Origin: Gammaproteobacteria bacterium
GTDB lineage: Bacteria > Pseudomonadota > Gammaproteobacteria > Ga0077554 > Ga007554
Reading direction: 5' to 3'
Assembly (NCBI GenBank): GCA_040183005.1
Contig: JAMPIW010000007.1
Location: 798,188 to 862,187 of the forward strand
DNA: 64,000 nucleotides
Under the pieces are notes generated by a model. That model was not told the DNA's origin, ran no database searches, and saw only the letters and a list, made by a program, of their open reading frames with translations. Below, piece by piece: positions 33,350 through 42,327 of this stretch; position 1 is the stretch's first letter, and the number at the start of each line of letters is the position of its first letter. The translations under genes were made by a program, and so were the position numbers.

Positions 33350-34819
33350 CTAGATAAACAATGATTCAATTACATCAATAATGCGATCCTGCTGCTCAGC
33401 CGACATATTGGACCCCGAAGGCAAGCAGACGCCTTGCGAAAACAACTGATCAGAAGTGCTCTCTTTCTCCCCATGCGTATAATAAGCGCAACCTGAAAAC
33501 AAGGGTTGCAGGTGCATGGGTTTCCATACATGACGCGCCTCGATACGCTCACGGGCCAATCTGGCCATCAGTTCTGCTGGAGTTACATCGGATTGAGTGC
33601 TGTCAAGTGTACAAGCGGTCAGCCAATGCGTACCGCGCCCAAAGGACGGCTCAGGCATCCATTTAATCGCTGAAACATGCGCAAGCCCATCCTGATAACG
33701 CCGAAAAACCGCTCTTCTGGCCTCTACGCGACTGTCCAATACCTTGAGCTGCCCGCGGCCTACCCCCGCCAGAATATTACTCATTCGGTAGTTGTATCCC
33801 ACCTCGCTGTGCTGATAATAGGGCGCAGAGTCTCTGGCTTGGGTCGACAAAAAGCGCGCTTTGTCGATCAGGGCACTGTCATTGGAAACCAGCATCCCTC
33901 CACCGGAGGTTGTAATGATTTTGTTACCATTAAACGAATAAATACCCAGCTTGCCGATAGTGCCGCTGGCCCGCCCTTTATAGGTCGCACCTAGAGACTC
34001 CGCCGCATCCTCAATCACCGGCACGTTATGAGCGTCGCAAATCGCCATGATCGAATCCATGTCGGCGCTTTGTCCATATAAATTCACCACAATCACGGCT
34101 TTGGGTAACTTACTCTCGCGTTTGGCCCAGTCAAATGCTTTTTCCAGTGCCACCGGCGACATATTCCAGCTTTCCGGCTCCGAGTCGATAAACACCGGCT
34201 GCGCCCATTGGTACACTATAGGATTTGCACTTGCTACAAACGTCAACGACGAACAAAAAACCACATCGCCAGGCCCTACATTCAACATACGCAACGCCAA
34301 ATGGATTGCAGCCGTTCCCGAGCTTAGCGCAGCCGCGTACGAGATACCGACATGCGCGGCCAGCTCACGCTCAAAGGCATCCACATTGGGACCCAGCGGC
34401 GCAATCCAGTTAGTGCGAAACGCTTCGTCAACAAACTCCCGCTCCCAGGAGCCCAGATGCGGAGTTGACAACAAAATCTGCTCATCCAGCTCACGCCGCT
34501 CCAGCACTTTGATGACAAAACCCGCCTCATCCACCACAGGCAAATGATTAATCTGGTGCGAGACCATCAAGTCCAAGGCTGCTTCGCGTGTCACTCCATC
34601 CTGCACCACAATGGACTCCATCGCAGGCAATGCCACTAAAGAATCGCCAAGGGCTTTGCCTTCAAGCAGCAAACGCCGAATATCACCATCCGTAATCGTG
34701 CGCTCAAAAGTGCCGTCAGCCCGCAATAACAACAAAATGCCAGACCCCTCCTTGTCCAGAATGGCCAGCGCATCAAAAAGACTTGTCGCTCGATTAAGGC
34801 TAATTGCAGCTATGTTCAT
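33350..34819 (-). CDS. CBS-pair domain fused to a DegT/PglE/PseC-family PLP sugar aminotransferase
   Basis: Residues 1-118 form a CBS pair (ILLLLRADGTFERTITDGDIRRLLLEG … HLPVVDEAGFVIKVLERRELDEQ). The aminotransferase starts at LSTPHLG…, with SGTAAIHLAL and the PLP lysine region NGNKIITTSGGG. Confidence 0.8.
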   Translation of the reverse strand: MNIAAISLNRATSLFDALAILDKEGSGILLLLRADGTFERTITDGDIRRLLLEGKALGDSLVALPAMESIVVQDGVTREAALDLMVSHQINHLPVVDEAGFVIKVLERRELDEQILLSTPHLGSWEREFVDEAFRTNWIAPLGPNVDAFERELAAHVGISYAAALSSGTAAIHLALRMLNVGPGDVVFCSSLTFVASANPIVYQWAQPVFIDSEPESWNMSPVALEKAFDWAKRESKLPKAVIVVNLYGQSADMDSIMAICDAHNVPVIEDAAESLGATYKGRASGTIGKLGIYSFNGNKIITTSGGGMLVSNDSALIDKARFLSTQARDSAPYYQHSEVGYNYRMSNILAGVGRGQLKVLDSRVEARRAVFRRYQDGLAHVSAIKWMPEPSFGRGTHWLTACTLDSTQSDVTPAELMARLARERIEARHVWKPMHLQPLFSGCAYYTHGEKESTSDQLFSQGVCLPSGSNMSAEQQDRIIDVIESLFI

Positions 34820-34823
34820 TCGT

Positions 34824-35453
34824 TTACCCCTGAATACACCGAGCGGGAACACCAACATAAGTGCCCCCTGCCAGTAAATCGTGCAGAACCACTGCCCCCG
34901 CCCCTACAACACACCCTTCTCCAATCGAAACACCAGGAAGCACATTCGCCCCTGCTCCAATCAGAACGCCATCCCCTACAGTCACACCGCCGCCTAGTGT
35001 GGCATTCGGCGCCACATGGCAAAACGTGCCCAAATGACAATCGTGGTCAATCACGGCACCATGGTTCACAATGCAGCCCGCGCCCAGAGAAGACTCCGGC
35101 GCCAGAATAGCGCCTGCAGCAACGAAGCAGCCGGCCCCCATCTCAGCAGAGGCCGCCACGATAGCCCGCGAATGCAGAATAGAGTGGTACTTCATACCTG
35201 CTTGCAGACAAAGTCCGGCAACACGAGAGCGAAACCTGTTGTTACCAATGGCCACATGAAAATACCCGCCGGGTTGCAATGCTTTAGCAATGGGTACAGT
35301 AATAGGCAACCCCATAGAAAACAAACCGGTAAACTTCACATCATCATCTGCCAACTGCAACAAGCAATCGATGCCATGCAGGCTCCGCAGGGCATCGATT
35401 ACTACCTTGGCATGCCCACCAGCCCCCACAATCAAAAAAGATTCAGTACGCAT
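34824..35453 (-). CDS. Left-handed beta-helix sugar N-acetyltransferase (PglD/NeuD family)
   Basis: MRTESFLIVGAGGHAKVVID Rossmann-like N-domain plus hexapeptide repeats; 209 aa. Confidence 0.75.
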   Translation of the reverse strand: MRTESFLIVGAGGHAKVVIDALRSLHGIDCLLQLADDDVKFTGLFSMGLPITVPIAKALQPGGYFHVAIGNNRFRSRVAGLCLQAGMKYHSILHSRAIVAASAEMGAGCFVAAGAILAPESSLGAGCIVNHGAVIDHDCHLGTFCHVAPNATLGGGVTVGDGVLIGAGANVLPGVSIGEGCVVGAGAVVLHDLLAGGTYVGVPARCIQG

Positions 35454-36585
35454 TGGATTTCAACAATACCGAGGCCGAAAAATCCAGCAAACCCAGCAGC
35501 TGAACGATTTTCTGGGCCGCACAACCCCGGCCGTAAACATTGCCTGGCATGAGCCGCCCGCGGGTTAGAATCTGACCAAGTGCCACATCCACATCCCTAC
35601 CCACCACCATGACATCCGTGATATTGGCATTGCGCTCGCGCAGGTTCTGGCGCACCCCCACATTCAGCACGGGCGTACCGAAGCTGGCTGCCTCGATGAT
35701 ACCGCTGCTTGAGTTACCCACCATCACATCGCACGCCGCCATCCATGACACGAATTCGGGCCTTGGCAAGTGCGTCAGCACCCGTACCCGCGGGTGCGGG
35801 GCGTAGCTCTCCAATACCGTGCGAACGCCTTCACTGCCCGCATCTGAATTGGGCATCAAGGCAATCACCTGTAAACCTTGCCTCAAACAAGCCTCCAGCA
35901 ATGCACACGCTTCACTTGCCGCGTTATCGGCCTCTTGCAGCACTGGGTGATACACAAACAAGGCAAGCCCTTTGGTAGGGTCAAACCCCACGCCATTGCA
36001 CAGTGCCACACGGTCAAGGGTAGCCAGCTCACTCAAACCATCCAACCCCGGCGCGCCGGTTACAAAAATATGATCGGCACGCTCACCCATGCGAATCAAT
36101 CGCTCGCGCGCATCCTGCGTGGCCACAAAGTGAAAGTGTGAGAGCTTGGTGATTGCGTGCCGTACAGGCTCATCAACCGTACCTGATCTTTCCCCGCCGT
36201 GAATATGCACTACCGGAATGTTCAAATGAATCGCCGCCAGTGCCCCAGCCAACATCTCACCCCGGTCGCCCAACAACAGCACAACATCCGGCCGCAAGTG
36301 TTCAAAAGCTGCTACGCACCCTTCAAGTGTCTTTGCCAAATTACGTGCCATAGCGGCGCCCGTGGACGTATCCATCTCAACCGGAATACGTGCACCCACA
36401 TTCAAGCCCGCCGCCTCAATCTCACGCACGGTCAAACCAAAACGCTCTGACAAATGCATGCCCGTTGCCACCACATCCAGCGACAAAACCGGGCTGGCAT
36501 GTATCGCCTGCAAGGTGGATTGCATCAGACCAAAGTCGGCGCGCGTGCCGGAGACATAGCAGACCCGTCGCACACCGCGCGTCAT
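35443..36585 (-). CDS. UDP-sugar 2-epimerase (hydrolysing), NeuC/LegG family
   Basis: RVCYVSGTRADFGLM N-terminus and the HIHGGER motif. Start at the MTRG ATG at 36585. Confidence 0.8.
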   Translation of the reverse strand: MTRGVRRVCYVSGTRADFGLMQSTLQAIHASPVLSLDVVATGMHLSERFGLTVREIEAAGLNVGARIPVEMDTSTGAAMARNLAKTLEGCVAAFEHLRPDVVLLLGDRGEMLAGALAAIHLNIPVVHIHGGERSGTVDEPVRHAITKLSHFHFVATQDARERLIRMGERADHIFVTGAPGLDGLSELATLDRVALCNGVGFDPTKGLALFVYHPVLQEADNAASEACALLEACLRQGLQVIALMPNSDAGSEGVRTVLESYAPHPRVRVLTHLPRPEFVSWMAACDVMVGNSSSGIIEAASFGTPVLNVGVRQNLRERNANITDVMVVGRDVDVALGQILTRGRLMPGNVYGRGCAAQKIVQLLGLLDFSASVLLKSNAY

Positions 36586-37613
36586 ACCAGATCGCTCCAC
36601 TGCAAGGTCATACCGGGCTCAATATTCCGCACAGCTTTTTTACCAACCACTGCCGCCAGATCTTTAGGCGCGATGCCATTGCCGGGCCGCATCAGCGCCA
36701 CATCCTCTGGCACAATAACCTGACCAGCGGTAACGCCACACACCAGTGTCACGCTACGCCGCACCAGTTCGCGCACCGGAAGCTCGCTTGTATTCAGTTG
36801 CTTGATGGGTGAACCGAGCGCACGTTCCACATCGCGGATACGAGCAATCATCTCAGCCAGCTCATCCGGTTCCAGCGAAGCCTTGTGATCGGGTCCCGGC
36901 AAATTACGGTCCAGCGTAAAGTGTTTTTCGATCACTGTTGCCCCCATGGCAACAGCAGCAACAGAAACGGTTGTTCCTGCCGTATGATCAGAGTAGCCAA
37001 CGGGCAAACCAGTGGCTTGTGCAATGGTAGTCATGGCACGCAAATTCACATCTTCAAGGGCTGCGGGATAATTGGAAGTACAGTGCAGCACCGTCAACAT
37101 GCTTTCCAGTGGCGCAGTAAAATCTAGCTGCTGCCGTACCGACCTAACCACCTCAATCGCATCATGAATTTCGTCCAGCGTAGCCATACCCGTGGACATA
37201 ATCATCGGTACGTTTTTGCTTGCCAGGTACGCCAGAAACGGGTGATTGGTGATTTCTCCCGAGGGTATCTTGATATGCCGCATGCCCAAGGCGATCAGAA
37301 AGTCGGCGGCCTCTTCATCAAATGGGGTGGACATGAATTCGATGCACAACTCATTGCAGCGCATAAACAGTTTGCGATGCAAAGCCTCAGACATTTCCAG
37401 CTGCTTGAGCATCGAATATTGGTCGCCCTCACCAGTTTCACGTTTCTGATATTCAGCCTTTTCAGCGCCTTTTCGCACCAGCTTGTCCGCTGAAAAAGTC
37501 TGAAATTTGACCGCATCCGCCCCGCAGCGCGCGGCCGTCTCGACCAACTGCAACGCTAGTTCATCGCTGCCATTGTGATTGACGCCGGCTTCGGCGATAA
37601 CAAAAGTTTTCAT
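36582..37613 (-). CDS. Nonulosonic acid synthase (NeuB/LegI family) with C-terminal SAF domain
   Basis: MKTFVIAEAGVNHNGS, KFQTF; 344 aa. Confidence 0.85.
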   Translation of the reverse strand: MKTFVIAEAGVNHNGSDELALQLVETAARCGADAVKFQTFSADKLVRKGAEKAEYQKRETGEGDQYSMLKQLEMSEALHRKLFMRCNELCIEFMSTPFDEEAADFLIALGMRHIKIPSGEITNHPFLAYLASKNVPMIMSTGMATLDEIHDAIEVVRSVRQQLDFTAPLESMLTVLHCTSNYPAALEDVNLRAMTTIAQATGLPVGYSDHTAGTTVSVAAVAMGATVIEKHFTLDRNLPGPDHKASLEPDELAEMIARIRDVERALGSPIKQLNTSELPVRELVRRSVTLVCGVTAGQVIVPEDVALMRPGNGIAPKDLAAVVGKKAVRNIEPGMTLQWSDLV

Positions 37614-38314
37614 TGTTCGGCCATCCAATCTGCAATCAGCATCTCTGCAACACGCCAGTCAAAGGGGGTGTCGACATCGATGTTTTCTACTCTCTCAGAA
37701 CATAACACTAAGCGGCATTTCTTGGGGAAAAACGTTCTTTGTTCAACCAATGACCCCACTCTTATGAGATACAACGCGCCATTGACCGCATAGGCGGGTG
37801 GGTAATCTTGTGAGCGGGTCACACCAGAAGGATTAGTCAGCCATGGCTCAAGAAAGCCATCGGCAGAGTTCTTGAACGTAAGGTAAGGGTGCGTATCAGC
37901 AAGAGAAACGCCAATCACCCCCTCGCAATCGTCGCTGTTCAATAGATCAAAAGCCGCGACCCAACGTTGCGCGAAACGAATCGGCGTAGTAGGCTGCAAC
38001 AAGGCGACTGCATCAAACTCTTGGCCATTTGCACGTTTCCAACTCAGAACATCTAATACCACCTCAATCGAGGTGGCTTCATCCGTTGCCAATTCAACAG
38101 GGCGAAGGCGCGGCACCTCAATGCCATGGCTGCTGCAGACAGCCGCTATTTCTGCACTATCTGTTGAGACCTGAATGTCAGTGAACGAAGGGATTGACTT
38201 CGCAAACTCAATCGACCAGGCAATCAGAGGTTTATCAAATAGCTGCCTGGTATTTTTACCAGGTAAACGTTTGGAGCCCCCGCGCGCTGGAATAACCGCC
38301 AAAACGCGCATCAA
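37610..38314 (-). CDS. CMP-nonulosonic acid synthetase (acylneuraminate cytidylyltransferase, NeuA/LegF family)
   Basis: VLAVIPARGGSKRLPGKN. Confidence 0.8.
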   Translation of the reverse strand: MMRVLAVIPARGGSKRLPGKNTRQLFDKPLIAWSIEFAKSIPSFTDIQVSTDSAEIAAVCSSHGIEVPRLRPVELATDEATSIEVVLDVLSWKRANGQEFDAVALLQPTTPIRFAQRWVAAFDLLNSDDCEGVIGVSLADTHPYLTFKNSADGFLEPWLTNPSGVTRSQDYPPAYAVNGALYLIRVGSLVEQRTFFPKKCRLVLCSERVENIDVDTPFDWRVAEMLIADWMAEQ

Positions 38315-38961
38315 AGCCTCATAAACCCGCGCAGAATGTCTAACCCAATCTCACCGCTACGCTCCGGATGAAATTGGGTAGCCATAATGTTATCCCGTTG
38401 CACCGCCGCACAAACACGATGTCCACCATAAACAGTGTCAGCCAGACGCACCGAAGGATCGGTTGGCACTGCCGCAAACGAATGCACGAAGTAGACAGCA
38501 GGGTGCCTGCCCTCAAATGCCTCCAGCAAACTCCCGTGCCAGCTTCGCCCTGTTTCAGGCGCCACCAGGTGATTCCAGCCGATGTGCGGTATCCGCTGTT
38601 CAGCGCCATCCACTGTCAACTTGGGCACTGCCTTCACACTGCCGGACAGTACACCCAAACCTGGATGGTCACCAAATTCCTCGCTCGTCTCAAACAGCAT
38701 TTGCATACCTACACATATACCCAGAAACGGCCGGCCCGTATCCACAAAGCGCTTGATAGCATCACCAAAGCCACGGGCTTCGACCTCAAGAATACTATCG
38801 CGGAAAGCCCCTACACCAGGCACAACCAACTTTTCTGCTTTCAATGCGCTAGGCGCATCTTCAGTAATCGTGACCTCTGCCCCACAATGCTCAAAAGCCC
38901 TCGCAACATTGAGCAGGTTGCACATGCCATAATCCAGCAGGGTTATTTTGTTACTCATCAT
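38311..38961 (-). CDS. HisH-like glutamine amidotransferase (WbuY-type, polysaccharide-locus paralogue)
   Basis: KITLLDYGMCNL N-terminus and a class-I GATase Cys in GICVGMQ. It lies in the sugar cluster beside a HisF-like gene. Confidence 0.8.
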   Translation of the reverse strand: MMSNKITLLDYGMCNLLNVARAFEHCGAEVTITEDAPSALKAEKLVVPGVGAFRDSILEVEARGFGDAIKRFVDTGRPFLGICVGMQMLFETSEEFGDHPGLGVLSGSVKAVPKLTVDGAEQRIPHIGWNHLVAPETGRSWHGSLLEAFEGRHPAVYFVHSFAAVPTDPSVRLADTVYGGHRVCAAVQRDNIMATQFHPERSGEIGLDILRGFMRL

Positions 38962-39721
38962 CAAGTTTCCGTACTGAAAGCCCGGCCGCAAGTGCAGCCC
39001 GACGAATTTCCTTCAAGTCAAGACGCTTGTAGTGGAGTACGTCAGCCATCGCAATCGCATCAGCCAAGCCCTCACGTGCAGCAGCTAAAAAATCATCTAT
39101 CGACCCCATGCCACCGCTCGCGATAACAGGCACGGATACCGCCTGACTCACTTGACGAACCAAATCCAGCTCAAAACCCTTACGGGTGCCTTCGCGGTCC
39201 ACAGATGTCACCAACACCTCACCCGCACCCAACTCAACTCCACGCCGTACCCACTCAATCACATCCAGGCCGGTACGCTCTCGGCCGTTGTCAGTGTAGA
39301 CCTCCCACTTACCAGAACCGATCTGTTTGGCTTCGATAGACAGCACCATGGCCTGAGAGCCAAAACGATAAGCTACCTCAGATATCAACTCAGGCCGGGC
39401 AATTGCTGCCGTATTAATGGCCACCTTGTCAGCACCGGAGCGAAGAATGTGCCGAGCATCATCAACAGAACGAATACCACCACCCACGGTAATGGGAATA
39501 AATACATTTTCGGCGGCGCGGCGGATGATGTCACTCAGGTTATTACGACCATACAGACTGGCCACAATATCCATGTATATCAATTCGTCCGCGCCAGCTT
39601 CGTAGTAGCGAACCGCATGTTCTTGAGGATCTCCAATTACACGCAAGCCCTCTAATCGAATCCCCTTTATTAAATTCGGCCCCTTAATATCGAGCCTTGG
39701 AATTATTCGCAGATTACTCAT
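38951..39721 (-). CDS. HisF-like cyclase/synthase subunit (WbuZ-type)
   Basis: IIPRLDIKG…, (beta/alpha)8 HisF signature. Confidence 0.8.
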   Translation of the reverse strand: MSNLRIIPRLDIKGPNLIKGIRLEGLRVIGDPQEHAVRYYEAGADELIYMDIVASLYGRNNLSDIIRRAAENVFIPITVGGGIRSVDDARHILRSGADKVAINTAAIARPELISEVAYRFGSQAMVLSIEAKQIGSGKWEVYTDNGRERTGLDVIEWVRRGVELGAGEVLVTSVDREGTRKGFELDLVRQVSQAVSVPVIASGGMGSIDDFLAAAREGLADAIAMADVLHYKRLDLKEIRRAALAAGLSVRKLDDE

Positions 39722-39736
39722 TGATAATTCACAGGC

Positions 39737-41068
39737 TTACTTAGACACATAACTTTCATGCCACACAGCATGGCGCAACTTCCACTGTTCATCTTCCCAC
39801 TTCCACAGATGAGGCGAACGGAAACTATCGGTCAGGTTCATGAAGTAAGCTCTATCCATAATGGGATTCTCAAACATCTTGCTAGCTTCAGGAAACTCAT
39901 TGGCCGGGATGCTCAAATATTTGAAAATTTCATCCGCAAAACGCTCAGGAAACTCATGATCAAAACGCCTAACTAGCGCCACGCCCTCCTCACGGTTAAT
40001 GTCACGCGAGCGAATCTCTTGCGCAGCATCATAGCTTGCGCGACCAATTCCAAACTTGATGCCAGTTGTGTAGTAGTGGAAGTCATCAATTCGATCATCA
40101 ATGCTATTGTACTTGCTGTATGTCCCAGGGGTTCTTTCTGGCGATGCTTCGAATCCACCATGCTCAACCGCGTAGTAATAACATGACTGAGGATGCCATT
40201 TCATGTAGTAGCCCAAATAATGAACCTCTACATTCTTCTCATCGATTTCGTTTGGATTGGCAGGCAAGTAGGGAGCCAAATCACACTGCTCTACGCCGAA
40301 ATTTCGCTTTAAATCAGCTACCGAGACACCACCCAGGTGAACTTTCGACTGATCTTCGGCCGTAAAATATGACCAATCACGTTTTGCCGATTCGGTATCG
40401 CCGATGGGGTTACCATATTCGGCCTCATTTTCCCCGTAAATGACCAACGGGATATTGAATAATAGTGCCATTTTTGGCGCCAATGACTTTTGCCCAAACA
40501 TAAAAGCCTGAAAAGGATGGAACAAATTATCTACTGCAAGGCGGGTTAAAAGACGATGCACTCTTCCATTTGGCGTCATCAAATAGTTGTCGTGACCAGC
40601 ATGAATCCATTTCTGAAAATTTCTCCAACCCCACTCCGTATATACGTGCGGCGCCCAGGTAACGGTCAACGGGTGCATACCATACTTGGTACGCAAAATA
40701 TGCGAGGCATAAAAACTGTCTTTGCCACCTGAACCAGGAACAATACAATCGTAGCTGCCGTCCTTACTGCGATGTTTGTCTAGCAATTCGTGCAACTGAC
40801 GTTCTCGCTCATCCCAATCAATCACGCTATGCTTATTTTCTGCAAAATTACAAGCATCGCACACGCCGTTTTCATCAAAGTTAATGGTTTTTTTCTTCGA
40901 TTCTTTGGTGTGGTTGTATTCCACGGCCGAGTTAGGGCGTTGATTTGAAATCACGCAGCTCTTGCAAAACACCACCTCTTCGGGAAGACCATACTTAGCC
41001 TCCAAATTTCGAGCATCTGCCGCGAATTTTAATTTATCTACTTCCTGCGGAACCTGGATGCGATCCAT
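39737..41068 (-). CDS. N-acetyl sugar amidotransferase (WbuX-type PP-loop ATP pyrophosphatase)
   Basis: It has SGGKDS PP-loop, Cys-rich N-terminus (CKSCVISNQRP…CDAC). Start ATG 41068 lies 2 bp after the upstream stop. Confidence 0.8.
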   Translation of the reverse strand: MDRIQVPQEVDKLKFAADARNLEAKYGLPEEVVFCKSCVISNQRPNSAVEYNHTKESKKKTINFDENGVCDACNFAENKHSVIDWDERERQLHELLDKHRSKDGSYDCIVPGSGGKDSFYASHILRTKYGMHPLTVTWAPHVYTEWGWRNFQKWIHAGHDNYLMTPNGRVHRLLTRLAVDNLFHPFQAFMFGQKSLAPKMALLFNIPLVIYGENEAEYGNPIGDTESAKRDWSYFTAEDQSKVHLGGVSVADLKRNFGVEQCDLAPYLPANPNEIDEKNVEVHYLGYYMKWHPQSCYYYAVEHGGFEASPERTPGTYSKYNSIDDRIDDFHYYTTGIKFGIGRASYDAAQEIRSRDINREEGVALVRRFDHEFPERFADEIFKYLSIPANEFPEASKMFENPIMDRAYFMNLTDSFRSPHLWKWEDEQWKLRHAVWHESYVSK

Positions 41069-41070
41069 AA

Positions 41071-42324
41071 CTAACAATCCTCATAATGTTTCAAAAGCGA
41101 TTCAATCACGTTTACAACTTTCTGCGTGGCAGAGGTGTTCACCACAACATTCAATGCCTTCCCATCTGTATCATCGCTCGGGAATTTAGCGAATTGGCCT
41201 TGCTTGTGTAGCCTGAGAATGGCCCCGGGTAACTCATCAAGTGTCGGCACGCCATGCGAGATGCCCATTTTTGAATAAGGTGCATCGGCAGTAAAGATAG
41301 AGCAATCAACGGACACCACTGGCTTACCAATGATCGACGCCTCTAGGCCTACAGTAGATGCCGTCACAACTACTCCATCCACCGCGTGCAATAGAGCATG
41401 CAGACTCTCTGCAGTTGGGCTGAAGGTCACGCCATACTGCTCAACAAACTCAATTTTCTCACTTGGATGATACCTCACCACCAAACGAAATCCTTGAATC
41501 CCCTGCACAAAGTGCCGCAGCACGGCCTCAATCTTGCGTGGCAACGTAGGATCTCCACGAAGCGGCGCAAAAGGGTGTCGCTCCGGCTCAACCTGGGAAG
41601 CCCAAAGCAGTGTTACCAAACCATCATTCCATCCGCGCTCATGACTGAGCCTCACACCCGCAGCCCTGATTTCATCCTGCTGCAACCGATCAAAGGCTGG
41701 ATTGCCGGTTACTATAATTTCGCCTTCCTTTCGCCCATACGCCAGAAGCATGTGTCTAACGGCCTCATTGAGAACACATACCTTGGAAGCATAACCCGGC
41801 TTGCCTATCCACTGCACCTCTTGTAACGCAAACAGATCAACTGCACATACTGACGGAATTCCGTATTTTCCTGCGACAAGAATGGCAGCTTGTTCGGCAC
41901 GCGGGGAATTAGTCGCAAACACTACATCCGGTTTAAAACGACCCATTACCAGCTCCATTACACCTATCGGCAGAAACGCTTGACGCCCTTTTTGGGCGTA
42001 CTTGGATGCCGCCACCTTTTCACCCATGCGGACTACCAAGTCCTGGTAACAAAGACCAAGATAGGCAATCGTCTCCTCCTTGCTGACAGGCCCACCGTTA
42101 TCCAAGTCTTGAGCCAAGCGGCAACCAATTTCATAGGCCTCTCGATTTGACGGCTCAAGCAAATCCTTAAATCCAATACTGCTGATACCCTGCCCTTTGA
42201 GATAGCTACCCGCCGTCGTCAGGCCAAGCACCGTAACATCATGTCCTCTGCGCATCAGTTCTTTTGCAACTGGTGCAATAAGCGCGACATGCCCACCGCC
42301 GTAAGTGACTGCAAGAATCTTCAT
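41071..42324 (-). CDS. Putative GT-B-fold glycosyltransferase (candidate nonulosonic-acid transferase); family uncertain
   Basis: It has a Rossmann-like MKILAVTYGGGH N-terminus. A second Rossmann half follows about aa 200. No confident family match. It sits between the NulO/amidotransferase genes and Wzy. Confidence 0.4.
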   Translation of the reverse strand: MKILAVTYGGGHVALIAPVAKELMRRGHDVTVLGLTTAGSYLKGQGISSIGFKDLLEPSNREAYEIGCRLAQDLDNGGPVSKEETIAYLGLCYQDLVVRMGEKVAASKYAQKGRQAFLPIGVMELVMGRFKPDVVFATNSPRAEQAAILVAGKYGIPSVCAVDLFALQEVQWIGKPGYASKVCVLNEAVRHMLLAYGRKEGEIIVTGNPAFDRLQQDEIRAAGVRLSHERGWNDGLVTLLWASQVEPERHPFAPLRGDPTLPRKIEAVLRHFVQGIQGFRLVVRYHPSEKIEFVEQYGVTFSPTAESLHALLHAVDGVVVTASTVGLEASIIGKPVVSVDCSIFTADAPYSKMGISHGVPTLDELPGAILRLHKQGQFAKFPSDDTDGKALNVVVNTSATQKVVNVIESLLKHYEDC

Positions 42325-42327
42325 GCG

